Part shown: piece after piece, positions 43,597-54,068 of the stretch
Layout: every line of letters begins with the position of its first letter
How positions within the stretch are numbered: the first letter of the stretch is position 1
From: an uncultured Gammaproteobacteria bacterium
Lineage (GTDB): Bacteria > Patescibacteriota > Patescibacteriia > UBA9570 > JBBTWU01
Direction of reading: 5' to 3'
Length of the DNA stretch: 62,421 nt
NCBI GenBank assembly: GCA_964364425.1
Contig: CAYIMB010000001.1
Location: 72,941 to 135,361, forward strand
Made by a program: the position numbers and the translations under genes
The notes under the pieces: model-generated
The model's database searches: none
What the model saw: the letters and a program-made list of their open reading frames with translations, nothing else
What the model was told of the DNA's origin: nothing

Positions 43597-45564
43597 CTAT
43601 TTGAACACAACGGAGAGCTCCCGATCCACAGACAGGTCAGTCTCGAAGTGAACGCGATTGTCCCCTACTTTTGACCCAATGTCAAGTGGGTTGAACACCT
43701 CTATTGAACGGCCAATATCCAGATCTACAACCAACCCATGACCAATGGTGCCGGCCTGTTTTTGCGCATACAAGGTGTATTCTCCTTGTCTCATTTGTTC
43801 AGCCACACTATTTGGTAAGGCATAGGTCACGGTCAGCGTTCCCTCGTCTCCCGGTTCAATGGAAGTAAATCCGCCAATCACTGTATACCCCAATTCTTCA
43901 CTCACCGTGGGTTGAGTTGGTTCCCCCCCTTGCAGACGGTCGTTATCTAAGTACCCATCTGCAGAAATAAGACTACTGCCCAAAGGAATGTACATCCGTG
44001 TATAGGTTCGGTAGCGCGTGGTGATGTTGGTGAATGAACCGGTGTTTTTGTAGTGGACAACGGTAGTGGCCACAAATTGTCCGTCTTTCTCCGACACGCT
44101 ATGCTCAATTTTACGTTCCATCACACTATCCGTTTTTAAGGCGGCTAAGTTGGCGTCTGCGACCAAGAGATAATCCCCTGCTACTTGTTTGACTTCTCCG
44201 GCCCAGTTTTCTTGAACCACTAACTCCTGGACGGTCGGATCTTTGAGATAGATTAAGATGTGTTTTTTGTCCACATTGTGAATGAAGGTCTGCCATAAAT
44301 CTGGAAATCGACTTTTAGGCATAGCTAGTAGTTGATCCATGAGTTTAGTGGACAACGTGCCAATCACCTCTTTCCTGTCGGCATCAGAAATTCCTGCGCG
44401 GGCATATCCAAACTCCACTTGATATTGCAACTCCTCAAATAAGTTTTCCGCAGAAAAAGTAATACCATCCGCTTCAATGGGACCAGTTAAGGTCAATAAA
44501 CTTTCAATTAGGGTTGGAGTGACGGCAATGGTTCCGTCAATTTGGTTTTCTGGACCGCCTTCAGCCCGGTAAAATTCCTCAGCTTTTTGTGCCGTGGTTG
44601 GGAAGTCTGGTGACCAGTTAGAGTCACGCATTAACCACTGCGTATTCCCAGTGTAACGAATAATGGGTTCAGGGGCTGTGAAGTTGGTTTTTTCTCTGCC
44701 AACATTATCAATGTTGTAAATATTATCAGTCGTAAATTCAGTGATTTCACCGTCTTTTAGCTTGATTATCCCGTAGGTCCCAATGAACCCACCGGTCGGA
44801 CGCAACTCCCGGTTGTTTTGCAGTAGGAAGAGGTAGGTTTTTTCTGTAGGATACCCTACAATAACCGGGAATGTTTCAGCCAGCGGAACAGCCTGGTCTA
44901 TCACAGATTTCAGCAAGGGTAAATTTTCTTTGAGTGGTTGAACGGCATCTTTTACCGCTCCCAGCAAAAATGAGTCAGGCACATCTTCCATGGATTGTGT
45001 GGCTAAATCTATTTCCGCTTGAGCGCCTTTCAGTTGTGGCGGGGCTTCATATAAAGTTTTCAGAATTTTTCGTTTTTGTTCAGGCGTAATATCTTTGAGT
45101 GAAATGTCACTATCATTAGCTAGTACATCTGTCATGGCCTGTCCCACATCACACACATTTTGTAAGGCTATAGCTACATGCACTCCGACATCTAAAACCT
45201 TCTCCACTGCTACAATTTGTCGTCTCACGCCGGGAATAATTTTTAAGTCCCCTAATTTATCTACATCCGTCTTGGCGGCTGCAAAGTTTTGTTCGGCTTC
45301 AATTAAATCTTGTTTGGCTTTTCCAAATTCCTGTTTTAGGATGTGGCCTTGGGCCGCTTCAAATGCCACCTTTCCGTTATTGGCATGCGCTTTGGCCAGT
45401 TTGGCCGGTTTAATATCTGTTGCGGCTACGAACCCTCCCCAAGCTAACACCAACACAATACACCCTGCGACCCAGAGGAGGACCTTTTTTTTCCGGCCTT
45501 TGGACTTCGCCTGTTTTAGTTGAATGGACTCTCCATGACTAGGACGAAGCATGTTTGTTGACAT
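43597..45564 (-). CDS. DUF4012-family membrane-anchored extracytoplasmic protein
   Basis: 655 aa with an N-terminal TM. LFLLQNNRELRPTGGFIGTYGIIKL matches the DUF4012 signature as I recall it. Confidence 0.8.
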   Translation of the reverse strand: MSTNMLRPSHGESIQLKQAKSKGRKKKVLLWVAGCIVLVLAWGGFVAATDIKPAKLAKAHANNGKVAFEAAQGHILKQEFGKAKQDLIEAEQNFAAAKTDVDKLGDLKIIPGVRRQIVAVEKVLDVGVHVAIALQNVCDVGQAMTDVLANDSDISLKDITPEQKRKILKTLYEAPPQLKGAQAEIDLATQSMEDVPDSFLLGAVKDAVQPLKENLPLLKSVIDQAVPLAETFPVIVGYPTEKTYLFLLQNNRELRPTGGFIGTYGIIKLKDGEITEFTTDNIYNIDNVGREKTNFTAPEPIIRYTGNTQWLMRDSNWSPDFPTTAQKAEEFYRAEGGPENQIDGTIAVTPTLIESLLTLTGPIEADGITFSAENLFEELQYQVEFGYARAGISDADRKEVIGTLSTKLMDQLLAMPKSRFPDLWQTFIHNVDKKHILIYLKDPTVQELVVQENWAGEVKQVAGDYLLVADANLAALKTDSVMERKIEHSVSEKDGQFVATTVVHYKNTGSFTNITTRYRTYTRMYIPLGSSLISADGYLDNDRLQGGEPTQPTVSEELGYTVIGGFTSIEPGDEGTLTVTYALPNSVAEQMRQGEYTLYAQKQAGTIGHGLVVDLDIGRSIEVFNPLDIGSKVGDNRVHFETDLSVDRELSVVFK

Positions 45565-46378
45565 ACTGTTTCTTTAAGTATTGGATCCAGTCTTTCACGT
45601 GCACCCGAGTGGTATAGTTGAAGAGACTAGTCAGGCCACCCCAGTGTGAACCAGGAGCGGATGCTCTGCGGTGATAATGGATGGCTGATGCCCCGGTAAA
45701 ATAGATAATTTGCCATCCATGAAGCGAAAGTCTATCACATAAATCAAAGTCGGAAAAGTAGAGGAAGAAACGCTCATCAAACGCTCCTATATGCTGAATA
45801 ACTTGTTTTGGAATGAAGACGCATGAACTCATGAGCCAATCAACTGGCCTGGTGTCTGCGTGGTCATAATCAAACATCAAATGTCGGGCTAAATCTGCCT
45901 GAGCCCAGGGCAGCTTGCCTATGGGAGTCCGACGGTACAAGGGGGTCAGTGTTGTATACGGTCTATAACAAGAATGCTGGACGGTTCCGTCTGCATTTAA
46001 CAGTTTTGGACCTAACATTCCCACTTCAGGATGTTTTTCTAAATAGTCTATACAGTTTGAGATTTCTGCGGCTGAAGAAAAAATAACGTCATAGTTGAGC
46101 ACCAGCAGATACTTCCCTTGAGCAGCGGCAATACCAATATTGTTGCCTTTAGCGTATCCGTAATTTTTTTTATTGAAAATAGATTTAATTTTGGAAAATT
46201 TTTCTGCCGGGTAGTGTTGACGCAACCAATCTACGCTTCCGTCGCGCGAGGCGTTATCCACCACTATAATTTCAAAGCCGAACGGGAGGTTCAGACTCAG
46301 TAAATTTTTTAAACACAAACGCAATAACGATTTTGCGTTGTAGTTTAAAATAATAATAGACAAGGTTAGTTCCGACAT
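45539..46378 (-). CDS. family-2 glycosyltransferase
   Basis: ATG 46378 gives MSELTLSIIILNYNAKS..VVDNASRDGS..VLNYDV. The track start at 46426 would overlap the upstream gene by 61 nt. Confidence 0.85.
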   Translation of the reverse strand: MSELTLSIIILNYNAKSLLRLCLKNLLSLNLPFGFEIIVVDNASRDGSVDWLRQHYPAEKFSKIKSIFNKKNYGYAKGNNIGIAAAQGKYLLVLNYDVIFSSAAEISNCIDYLEKHPEVGMLGPKLLNADGTVQHSCYRPYTTLTPLYRRTPIGKLPWAQADLARHLMFDYDHADTRPVDWLMSSCVFIPKQVIQHIGAFDERFFLYFSDFDLCDRLSLHGWQIIYFTGASAIHYHRRASAPGSHWGGLTSLFNYTTRVHVKDWIQYLKKQYVNKHASS

Positions 46379-47340
46379 ACTTGACGTAAAGTTTTTGGAG
46401 AGATTTTCCGTTGTCGTTGAATCCATCTTCGTTTTTTAATCATCCGTGGAAGCTTTAACCAGAATTGACCGTAGGCTGACAAAACTTTTTGGTCAGCCAG
46501 CAGAATGTAAGCAAATTTTTTAAATTCATACCAGGCTATCCAGGGGAAATCTAGGACTAGGTTGAGCCAAGGCTCGTTTTTGACCAGAGTCCACAGGTGG
46601 TTGCGGGTAGAAAACCGACGGACTTCAAGTGAAAATCGACCTCTATTTTTGGCTTTGGATTGATCAGAACGGTTATGCGGAGCGTCTATGGTGCGCTGAT
46701 GAGACCCTACTACCTCAGGAATAGTCAGAATATCCCAACCGGCTAAACGGAGTCTGTAGGAAAGGTCTACGTCATCCTTGTAGGCTACAAAATCTTCATC
46801 CAGGATTTCACCCTGAATAGCTATGGAACGGAGAGCGCTCATGCGGAATAAAGCAAACCCGCCGGAAACGCCAAATGTTTTTTGTTGGTCGTATTGGTGG
46901 GTGTCTTCCTCCCCTTCTCCACGGTTGTAAAATTGACGTGCTCTGGTTGCAGCCACACCAAAACCGTCCAGTTTCTTGCCGTGACGCATGACTTTTCCGG
47001 TCACAGCACCTATATTCAAACGAGTATTAATAGCCTGGCCTAAGACAGAAAGTGACTCAGGTGTGAGTAGAGCGTCCGGGTTCAAGAACAACACAAATTC
47101 ACTTTTGACTTTAGCTAAGGCTTGATTCATTCCTTTACTAAACCAAACATTTGTCTCATTTTGGATGATCTCAGCCTGCGCAGTCGCGTTCAGAATTTGT
47201 TGGACTGTGTCGTCACTTGAAGCATTGTCAACAATCACTAAGTGTTGAGGAATTTGGGTTTGGGTTTTCACACTTTGGATCAGACCCGGGATCCAAGCGG
47301 CGCTGTTATAGGTGACCAAGATGATAGAGATTGAGCTCAT
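46366..47340 (-). CDS. family-2 glycosyltransferase
   Basis: ATG 47340 (MSSISIILVTYNSAAW..VDNASSDDT..FLNPDA) forms an ATGA overlap with the upstream gene. Confidence 0.85.
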   Translation of the reverse strand: MSSISIILVTYNSAAWIPGLIQSVKTQTQIPQHLVIVDNASSDDTVQQILNATAQAEIIQNETNVWFSKGMNQALAKVKSEFVLFLNPDALLTPESLSVLGQAINTRLNIGAVTGKVMRHGKKLDGFGVAATRARQFYNRGEGEEDTHQYDQQKTFGVSGGFALFRMSALRSIAIQGEILDEDFVAYKDDVDLSYRLRLAGWDILTIPEVVGSHQRTIDAPHNRSDQSKAKNRGRFSLEVRRFSTRNHLWTLVKNEPWLNLVLDFPWIAWYEFKKFAYILLADQKVLSAYGQFWLKLPRMIKKRRWIQRQRKISPKTLRQVCRN

Positions 47341-48833
47341 GCGTTTTGCTGTGAAGAGTTGAGTACGGAGAACACGGCTGCCACTAACATCAACCAACCT
47401 ATGCCTAAGGGATGATTCAGGTACGGTGTAGTAGCGTGAATAGCCAACAGGACTATAGAGGATATTCCACAACCTAGCAGGAGCAGTTGATCAAGCGGTG
47501 CGGCCGGATGTTTTTTCCAGGCATGCCAACCTTGTTTAGCTATGCTCCACATGAAGTAGATGTACACACCTAAGCCCAGTAGCCCTAACTTGAGCCACAA
47601 GTCTAGGTATCCCCACTCAAAAGCGAAAGTGGTGTATAAGCCTCCACCGCTTGCTTCTATGGCGCGTGGATCTTGGGAGGCATAACTCACAGTGGTGCCA
47701 AAGCCTTGGCCCCACACCGGATGTTCAGCAATAGCCGTAAATAAGGGTTTGAGTAGGGCAAATCGACTAGCCCCGGCAGCTTCTTCAGTCACATCAGAAG
47801 TGCGTTCCTCAATTAAGCTGGCAATGGAGACTGAGGTGGTGCCAGGCAAAGGAACGTTGACTATGGCGCCCAGAATTCCCAGTTGGAGAGCAGTTGAGAT
47901 TCCTAGGAATACACCGCCCAAGAGAATGCTTTTCCATTTCCAGTGCCAGATTTGTAGAGTCACCAAAAAAAGGACACACAAGCCAACGGCCAAACCTAAC
48001 CAAAAAGACCTGGAGAGTGAAATAAGCACTGTACTCCCCAGCAACATCCAGCGGGCATACAGACGCATCCACTGTTTTTGCTGGTGTGGCTGTTTCCACC
48101 AGAGCACCAAGCCAATGAGTAAGAAAAAATAAGCAAACACTTCATAGATGTGACTTTGAAAAAAGATGCGGTAAAACCCGTTTGAAAGCTGGGTAATTTC
48201 TCCTACTCCGGTAAAGCGCACCCAACGGTACAGGTTGCCTAAGAACGGGTGGAGCTGATGGGAAAAAGCAAAGAGTAAAAAGATGGTTTTCAAGACCGAA
48301 CTAGCTATACCAGCGCTGATCACGCTGATGAGCCGCCAAATACGTTCCCGGCTAGTCATGACCTGTAGCACCACAAAAAAAAGACCAAAGTACAGAAAGC
48401 CGTTTCCGTCCAAGAAGATATATTTGAACGAGTTGTGGTTGATAAATCCAACCGTAACAGCGTATACCAGGGCTGCCATAAGTAGGAGAAATGGTTTGGT
48501 ATAGGTGGATTTCCACCAGGCCAAGTCCTTTTTTCGGATAACCTGAAATCCCCAAGCCAGTAGCAGAACTAAAAATAATCCCAGCCGAATGGAGATGTGA
48601 AAGTCTCCCACCGGCCAAGAAAATAAGTAGCCCTTTGATCCAATCACCAGCTCAGCAAACACCACCCATAACCCATATTCTAGTTTCCATAGACTAAGGG
48701 CTAGCATGGTCAGCAGGAGTAAGATAAACACAACGTGATTAATAGGGTCGGCTAAATATCCAAAAAATGAAATTACCTCTAAGGTAGTGATGGCAGTCAG
48801 GGTGAGCGTAAAAATTTTGGAATGTATGCTCAT
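47337..48833 (-). CDS. O-antigen ligase/polymerase-like (Wzy_C-type) polytopic membrane protein
   Basis: 498 aa with 10 or more TMs and a large loop. SLSRSFWLGLAVGL resembles the O-antigen ligase domain. Confidence 0.65.
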   Translation of the reverse strand: MSIHSKIFTLTLTAITTLEVISFFGYLADPINHVVFILLLLTMLALSLWKLEYGLWVVFAELVIGSKGYLFSWPVGDFHISIRLGLFLVLLLAWGFQVIRKKDLAWWKSTYTKPFLLLMAALVYAVTVGFINHNSFKYIFLDGNGFLYFGLFFVVLQVMTSRERIWRLISVISAGIASSVLKTIFLLFAFSHQLHPFLGNLYRWVRFTGVGEITQLSNGFYRIFFQSHIYEVFAYFFLLIGLVLWWKQPHQQKQWMRLYARWMLLGSTVLISLSRSFWLGLAVGLCVLFLVTLQIWHWKWKSILLGGVFLGISTALQLGILGAIVNVPLPGTTSVSIASLIEERTSDVTEEAAGASRFALLKPLFTAIAEHPVWGQGFGTTVSYASQDPRAIEASGGGLYTTFAFEWGYLDLWLKLGLLGLGVYIYFMWSIAKQGWHAWKKHPAAPLDQLLLLGCGISSIVLLAIHATTPYLNHPLGIGWLMLVAAVFSVLNSSQQNA

Positions 48834-49732
48834 ACATGTTTGGCTTTCATCCCTTTCAGATTCAGACCCAAGCGTTCAGCTATCTGAACAACCAAAGCTG
48901 CCAACAAAGAAATGGGTTGAGCCAAGCTGATCAAGCTGGAGGCCCACCACGGCTCCCAAGTGGCAAAGTACTTACGCATGGAGTAATTAAATACCAGTTG
49001 TAGTTTCAACGGGCGGTGCTGGGCAAAGCTGGCTCCTTTGACATGCAGGATGTCCGTCACCGGAAGATAACGCACTTCCAAACCTTTGTGTTGAACCCGC
49101 CTACACAAATCTACTTCTTCAAACCAGTTGGGGTACTTTGGATCAAATCCGCCTAACTCTTTCATCAGCCGAGTCGAAGCCAACATGGCGGCGCCCATGA
49201 CTTGGTCTACGCTAGCTGTTTTGGTGTAATCAAAGTCTTGGGCCAAATACCGTTGTAAGGCTTTAGCTTGTGGGAACACCACATGCAGTTTGAGTAAATA
49301 GAACAACTGATCCCCTACTTTTGGAAAGTGTCTTACACTGGGTTGGTTACTCCCGTCCGGATTGATCAAGTGCACCCCAACCAAACCGGTGTGCGGATGT
49401 TGCTGAATATACTCCATAGCTTGCGTGATGCGTGCATCCTTAAATTCCGTGTCATCATTCAGAAATAATACGTATGTTCCCTGAGCCTTGGCTAAGCCTA
49501 GGTTATTGGCTCGCCCAAATCCAATATTTTCTTTGTTCCGAATCAGATCGATTTGCGGGAATTCATGTACCACCATCTCCGCACTCCCGTCTGTTGATGC
49601 GTTGTCCACCACAACTACTTCATGAGGAAAAGTGTTAAGGTGTGTTTGGATGGAGTACAAACACTTGCGCAATAGCTCCTTCACATTCCAAGACACAATA
49701 ATGATGCTGAGTTGTGGTTTATTATTGGTCAT
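48830..49732 (-). CDS. family-2 glycosyltransferase
   Basis: 300 aa with LSIIIVSWNVKE..VVDNASTDGS..FLNDDT. Confidence 0.88.
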   Translation of the reverse strand: MTNNKPQLSIIIVSWNVKELLRKCLYSIQTHLNTFPHEVVVVDNASTDGSAEMVVHEFPQIDLIRNKENIGFGRANNLGLAKAQGTYVLFLNDDTEFKDARITQAMEYIQQHPHTGLVGVHLINPDGSNQPSVRHFPKVGDQLFYLLKLHVVFPQAKALQRYLAQDFDYTKTASVDQVMGAAMLASTRLMKELGGFDPKYPNWFEEVDLCRRVQHKGLEVRYLPVTDILHVKGASFAQHRPLKLQLVFNYSMRKYFATWEPWWASSLISLAQPISLLAALVVQIAERLGLNLKGMKAKHV

Positions 49733-50715
49733 GCCTGAGGTTGAGTGAAAATATCCCGAATCACATCATCCAGGTTTGGTTCGTCTATCAAAATGTCATC
49801 TACCGGAAAATGTTGCAAGAAATCTGAAGAGATAGTTTTGTAAGTTTTTTTGGGCACGGCCAAGACTACCCGTCTAGGGTCATATTCTAGGATTTTACCC
49901 ATGCCTTTTAGCTGTGACTCAGCCACCGGTGAGACAAAGGTGACTTTGAGTTCCTTATGGTCAGCATGTTTGGCTATAAGCTTTTGCAATGAGCCGTCAT
50001 AAATAAGTTGACCGTGGTGGATAATAATCACCCTTTTACACAAGGCTTCAACGTCTTCCATGTAATGAGAAGTCAGAATGATAGTCGTTTGAGCTGTTTG
50101 GTTGTAATCACGAATAAAGTCACGCATTTTTAGCTGCGAGACTACATCTAAACCAATTGTTGGTTCATCTAAAAACAAGACTTTGGGTGAATGGAGTAAG
50201 GCTGCAATCAATTCACATTTCATTCTTTGGCCTAAAGATAATTTACGAACCGGAGTGTTGAGGACGTCTTTGACCTCAAGCAAGTCTGTTAGTTTATTCA
50301 AGGTGTGGTTGAACTGAGTTTCAGGGATCCGGTAAATTTCTTTATTGAGGAGGAAACTATTGAGTGCCGGCAAATCCCACCAGAGTTGATTTTTTTGACC
50401 CAGGACAATAGAAAATTGCTGTTGATACTGACGTTTCCGTTCCCAAGGGGTGTAGCCTAAAACGCTTACTTGTCCAGAAGATGGGTATAAAATACCTGAC
50501 AACATTTTAAGCGTAGTGGTTTTTCCGGCCCCATTTGGTCCTAAGAATCCAACCAATTCCCCTGGTTCTATATGAAATGAAATATGGTCAACTGCTATAG
50601 TGGAAAAAGACTGACGACTGAATAAATGCTTAATGGATCCGGCCACACCCGGTTCTTTTTTAGTGACGGAATAGGTTTTACTGAGGTTTTGAACAACAAT
50701 AGCAGGTGTTGACAT
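49729..50715 (-). CDS. ABC transporter ATP-binding protein (ABC-2 type exporter)
   Basis: Walker A GPNGAGKTT, signature LSLGQRM, Walker B VLFLDEPT. ATG 50715 (MSTPAIVVQNLSKTY); the track opens at TTG 50751. Confidence 0.9.
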   Translation of the reverse strand: MSTPAIVVQNLSKTYSVTKKEPGVAGSIKHLFSRQSFSTIAVDHISFHIEPGELVGFLGPNGAGKTTTLKMLSGILYPSSGQVSVLGYTPWERKRQYQQQFSIVLGQKNQLWWDLPALNSFLLNKEIYRIPETQFNHTLNKLTDLLEVKDVLNTPVRKLSLGQRMKCELIAALLHSPKVLFLDEPTIGLDVVSQLKMRDFIRDYNQTAQTTIILTSHYMEDVEALCKRVIIIHHGQLIYDGSLQKLIAKHADHKELKVTFVSPVAESQLKGMGKILEYDPRRVVLAVPKKTYKTISSDFLQHFPVDDILIDEPNLDDVIRDIFTQPQA

Positions 50716-50751
50716 AGGCGCTACCTTACAATTTTTTGGATTAAAAATCAA

Positions 50752-51561
50752 CTAGGAACTGGCGGAAGAATAGGCTTTAATGGAGGTATAAAAAACCCAA
50801 CGAGCAAGTAAAAAAATCAGTCCAGCAAAACCGGCCAACCCGAGCAAGCCAAGCCAGCTGGCTGTGCCGGTCAGGAACTGTGCTGGCAGAGTGCTGATGA
50901 AAGTTACCGGGATAATAAAAGTAAATAAAAACCGCACAAACCCGGTATACAAATGGGTTGGGTATTGATTCAGTCGGTCTAATGAATACATGACATAATT
51001 AATTTCAGACGTTTGGGTAGTCCAAAATGAAGTGGTCTTGAGCATTAAGCTAAAGGAAAAATACACTACCTGGGCTAGACTTATTCCAACCATCCACAGC
51101 AACCACTGGTTGACTGAGGGAAAAATCCCTGATAAGTGAAAGCTAAACATCAGCAAAGCCACTCCTACAACTACTCTGGCCACGTCTTCCAAATCCATAC
51201 GCCTGAAGGCGGTGATGAAGAGCAAGCTAACGGGTTTGGTCATGAGAAAGTCAAATGAACCGTCCTGTACCACAAGATGCAGTTTAAAAATACTCGCACG
51301 CCAGGTAAACCAAGCAATAGCCTCCAGAATAAAACTTGAGGCAAATAGCAGAAGCATTTGGGGATAAGTCCATCCGGCCAAAGAAGGAATGTAGGAATAC
51401 ACCACACTGAGAAAGACGAGGCGGACGGTGAGCTCTGTGCTAACGGAAACAAGGCTTAAGATAAACTCTCCTCGGTAAGCTAAACGAGATTGAAAATTAA
51501 AGCCCAAAAGGCAAAAATACAGCCGAAGGTAAAATTTGATGTTACTGACCAAAGCCTTCAT
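50752..51561 (-). CDS. ABC-2 family permease
   Basis: 269 aa with 6 TMs. Adjacent to the ATPase and a second permease. Confidence 0.7.
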   Translation of the reverse strand: MKALVSNIKFYLRLYFCLLGFNFQSRLAYRGEFILSLVSVSTELTVRLVFLSVVYSYIPSLAGWTYPQMLLLFASSFILEAIAWFTWRASIFKLHLVVQDGSFDFLMTKPVSLLFITAFRRMDLEDVARVVVGVALLMFSFHLSGIFPSVNQWLLWMVGISLAQVVYFSFSLMLKTTSFWTTQTSEINYVMYSLDRLNQYPTHLYTGFVRFLFTFIIPVTFISTLPAQFLTGTASWLGLLGLAGFAGLIFLLARWVFYTSIKAYSSASS

Positions 51562-52333
51562 ATGTTTTTATACCTCTGAGCCACAACAGCTTAAGGAGAA
51601 TTAATGCGCCAACTAACCATAACAAAGCAATGGCTACACCAGGTAGGTAAGCTAAAAAAGTAGGTTGGCCAAGCAGGATAGATAGCGGAGTAAAGGTCAT
51701 AAAGTGAAATGGCAGGAAGGTGAGAATGTGTTGTGCCCATTCGGGGAATAAAGATAGTGGAATGAATTTTCCCCCGGTAAGGAAAATACCGGTCTGAAAG
51801 GTGAAAATTCCAGCGGACGCCCGTTGCAACGGAAAGCTCAACACCCCTAAAATTATGATGACACAGATATGTAAGGACAGGCCAATTAAAAAGTAAGGTA
51901 CAAAAGCCCAAAAGTGGAGCCCTACCAGTTGTTGTATGCCTATGCCCAAAAACCACATTCCCAGGAGTAACGCAGGAATCATAGTAATAAAGCGGACAGA
52001 GGCTTTCCCCAGGTACATAGCTACTCGAGCGTGGTAATAGGAAACAGGCTTGACCAAAAAGTTGGTAATCTTGCCTGAGTGGATTTCTTCCACAATATTC
52101 CAAGCATCGCCAAAATACAACAAGCTATCCATAGCTAAAACTAAGAGAAAATACATGAGAAGCGGTTGTTCTGCGTACGAACCAAGTTGGTGCCCGGATT
52201 CATACACTCGCTGCACAATGTGAATACCAATCATGGCACTTAAGGAATAGCCAATAATGGCAAAGAAGATATTCCAGCGGTAGATTAAAGCATCTTGAAT
52301 AGAAATGAGATAAAACCTCAGGATTGAAGACAT
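51542..52333 (-). CDS. ABC-2 family permease
   Basis: 263 aa with 6 TMs. 20-nt overlap with the next permease. Confidence 0.7.
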   Translation of the reverse strand: MSSILRFYLISIQDALIYRWNIFFAIIGYSLSAMIGIHIVQRVYESGHQLGSYAEQPLLMYFLLVLAMDSLLYFGDAWNIVEEIHSGKITNFLVKPVSYYHARVAMYLGKASVRFITMIPALLLGMWFLGIGIQQLVGLHFWAFVPYFLIGLSLHICVIIILGVLSFPLQRASAGIFTFQTGIFLTGGKFIPLSLFPEWAQHILTFLPFHFMTFTPLSILLGQPTFLAYLPGVAIALLWLVGALILLKLLWLRGIKTYEGFGQ

Positions 52334-52356
52334 GGACAGAGTATAGCAGAGACCAA

Positions 52357-52908
52357 TTAGTTGACTACGTAGACCCGAATGAACCCATGTAAACCAGTCT
52401 TGTTTGGTGGTAACTCCAGTTCTGGATGCCAGGTGGGGAAAGAAAAGGTGTTTGAGACCACCCGTGTCCCTGGTTTAAGTTCAGTTTGAAGTTTATGTTC
52501 TAAGCGTTTTAAGTCATGCGGTAAGAGGAAGCAAAATACCAGACTAGCTTCAGAAAGGTTTGCGCTGAACATATCTTGTTTGAGTACGTTCATCGGAGTA
52601 CGGCTCAAGATGTTTTTAATCTTTGCCAGTAGCAGGGCTAAGGGAGAAATTTCATAACCAAGACTAGTGAGTTTTGGAGCGTGACGTTTAACCGCACGTA
52701 AAAACTTTCCGTCCCCTGCCCCCAAATCCACTATAATCCCGTGTGTAGGTAAAGGAATGTTGTCTAAAATCACCCGAATAGCTTTCCTAGAGGAAGGAAT
52801 AAATGGAGCGCGGTTTCTGCCTTGGATGAGTTCGTATACCAGGAAACTAATCCAGGCTATACCTATGATGATGATAGATAACTGCCCCAGGCGAATCAGT
52901 GTGGACAT
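52357..52908 (-). CDS. membrane-anchored class I SAM-dependent methyltransferase
   Basis: 183 aa with an N-terminal TM and IVDLGAGDGKFL (motif I). Confidence 0.7.
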   Translation of the reverse strand: MSTLIRLGQLSIIIIGIAWISFLVYELIQGRNRAPFIPSSRKAIRVILDNIPLPTHGIIVDLGAGDGKFLRAVKRHAPKLTSLGYEISPLALLLAKIKNILSRTPMNVLKQDMFSANLSEASLVFCFLLPHDLKRLEHKLQTELKPGTRVVSNTFSFPTWHPELELPPNKTGLHGFIRVYVVN

Positions 52909-54068
52909 GAGCGTTGAATAATTTTAATCATCTGGTCTATCCTTTGGTCCCACGTTTGATTCTGGACTAACAGTTTTAGTTTTTGTTTTTCTGGTGTCGG
53001 AAGGCTGATGGCTTGTTGAATTGCTGCGGCAAATTCTGTTGATGTGGTGGCCACGCGTACGCCAGAAGCAAACTGCTCAGTTCCCTGTACGGGGGTGGAA
53101 ATAACTGGGAGACCGCTGGCTAAGTATTCATACAACTTGAGCGGATTCATGCTGGCAGTAAATCGATTTACCCGGTGAGGAATAATCCCGGCACTGGCCT
53201 GACTCAGGAGATTGGGTAAATCTTGGTAAGGTACCGGTCCAAGAAACATGACGTTCTTTAGTTCCCGCAAACCTCCCAGTGGCGTCCCTGCCCACACTGG
53301 ACCCGCCAGTACAATCTGAATGGACGGAATCAGTCTAGCCGTTTGCTCCAATAATTCCACGTCTAAGCGTTCTTGAATAACGCCTATATACACCACAAAG
53401 GGTCGGGGTAGAGTAGAAAACTGTTCAGGGTTACTGGCCTCCCGCGAAAAGTGGTCCACATCCACCCCATTAGGGATCCAAGTAACATTCTGATGTCCGG
53501 CAAACAGGTTCTGCAAGTCAGGCGAAACGGTAAAAATGATATCCGCTTGGTCCTGAATATGTTGGTAATTTTTTTTTAACCGTTCTTTCACCGGAGCATA
53601 CACCGGATGTTCTGCCCAGTTGTCTACGCTGTCAAATACTTTCTTCGCGTAAGGAAATAAATCAAACACTTGCGGAAAAAAAGGGTGGTATGACCAAATG
53701 ACCACCTCCGTATCCGGTGGAATAAAAGGCTTGAGATGCTTCACGTCTTGCCAGCGCAAACAGGCAAGAGACCACCACTTTGGACTTTTACTGTCCACTC
53801 TCCAGGTGAGTCCCCTGGCTTGTGTGTTTGAGGTTGATCTCCATAGTTTTGCCTGTAGTGCCTCTTTAATGACTTTACGTTTTGTAAAAGGAAGAAAATC
53901 CACGTGGATCACCCGGACTACTTCCGGGCGCTTCAAAATCTGTTGGAGTATGTGGAAATTTCTATTCACTGCCCCAGCTTGCACTGTTTGCATTTTTTTA
54001 TTTAAAATCCCTTGATCCCATTCCGCCTGGGAGGACATGCCTAGCATAATTATGGTGAGTTTTTTCAT
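52896..54068 (-). CDS. GT-B glycosyltransferase (GT1/GT4-like)
   Basis: 390 aa with a C-terminal NPLKLYEYLASGLPVIST motif. Confidence 0.75.
   Translation of the reverse strand: MKKLTIIMLGMSSQAEWDQGILNKKMQTVQAGAVNRNFHILQQILKRPEVVRVIHVDFLPFTKRKVIKEALQAKLWRSTSNTQARGLTWRVDSKSPKWWSLACLRWQDVKHLKPFIPPDTEVVIWSYHPFFPQVFDLFPYAKKVFDSVDNWAEHPVYAPVKERLKKNYQHIQDQADIIFTVSPDLQNLFAGHQNVTWIPNGVDVDHFSREASNPEQFSTLPRPFVVYIGVIQERLDVELLEQTARLIPSIQIVLAGPVWAGTPLGGLRELKNVMFLGPVPYQDLPNLLSQASAGIIPHRVNRFTASMNPLKLYEYLASGLPVISTPVQGTEQFASGVRVATTSTEFAAAIQQAISLPTPEKQKLKLLVQNQTWDQRIDQMIKIIQRSCPH

Noticed and set aside
51591-52103. 170-aa same-strand alternative-frame ORF inside the ABC-2 permease gene, and similar ORFs at 12504-12692 and 41198-41383
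   Set aside because: They are fully nested in better-supported genes and have no independent signals.
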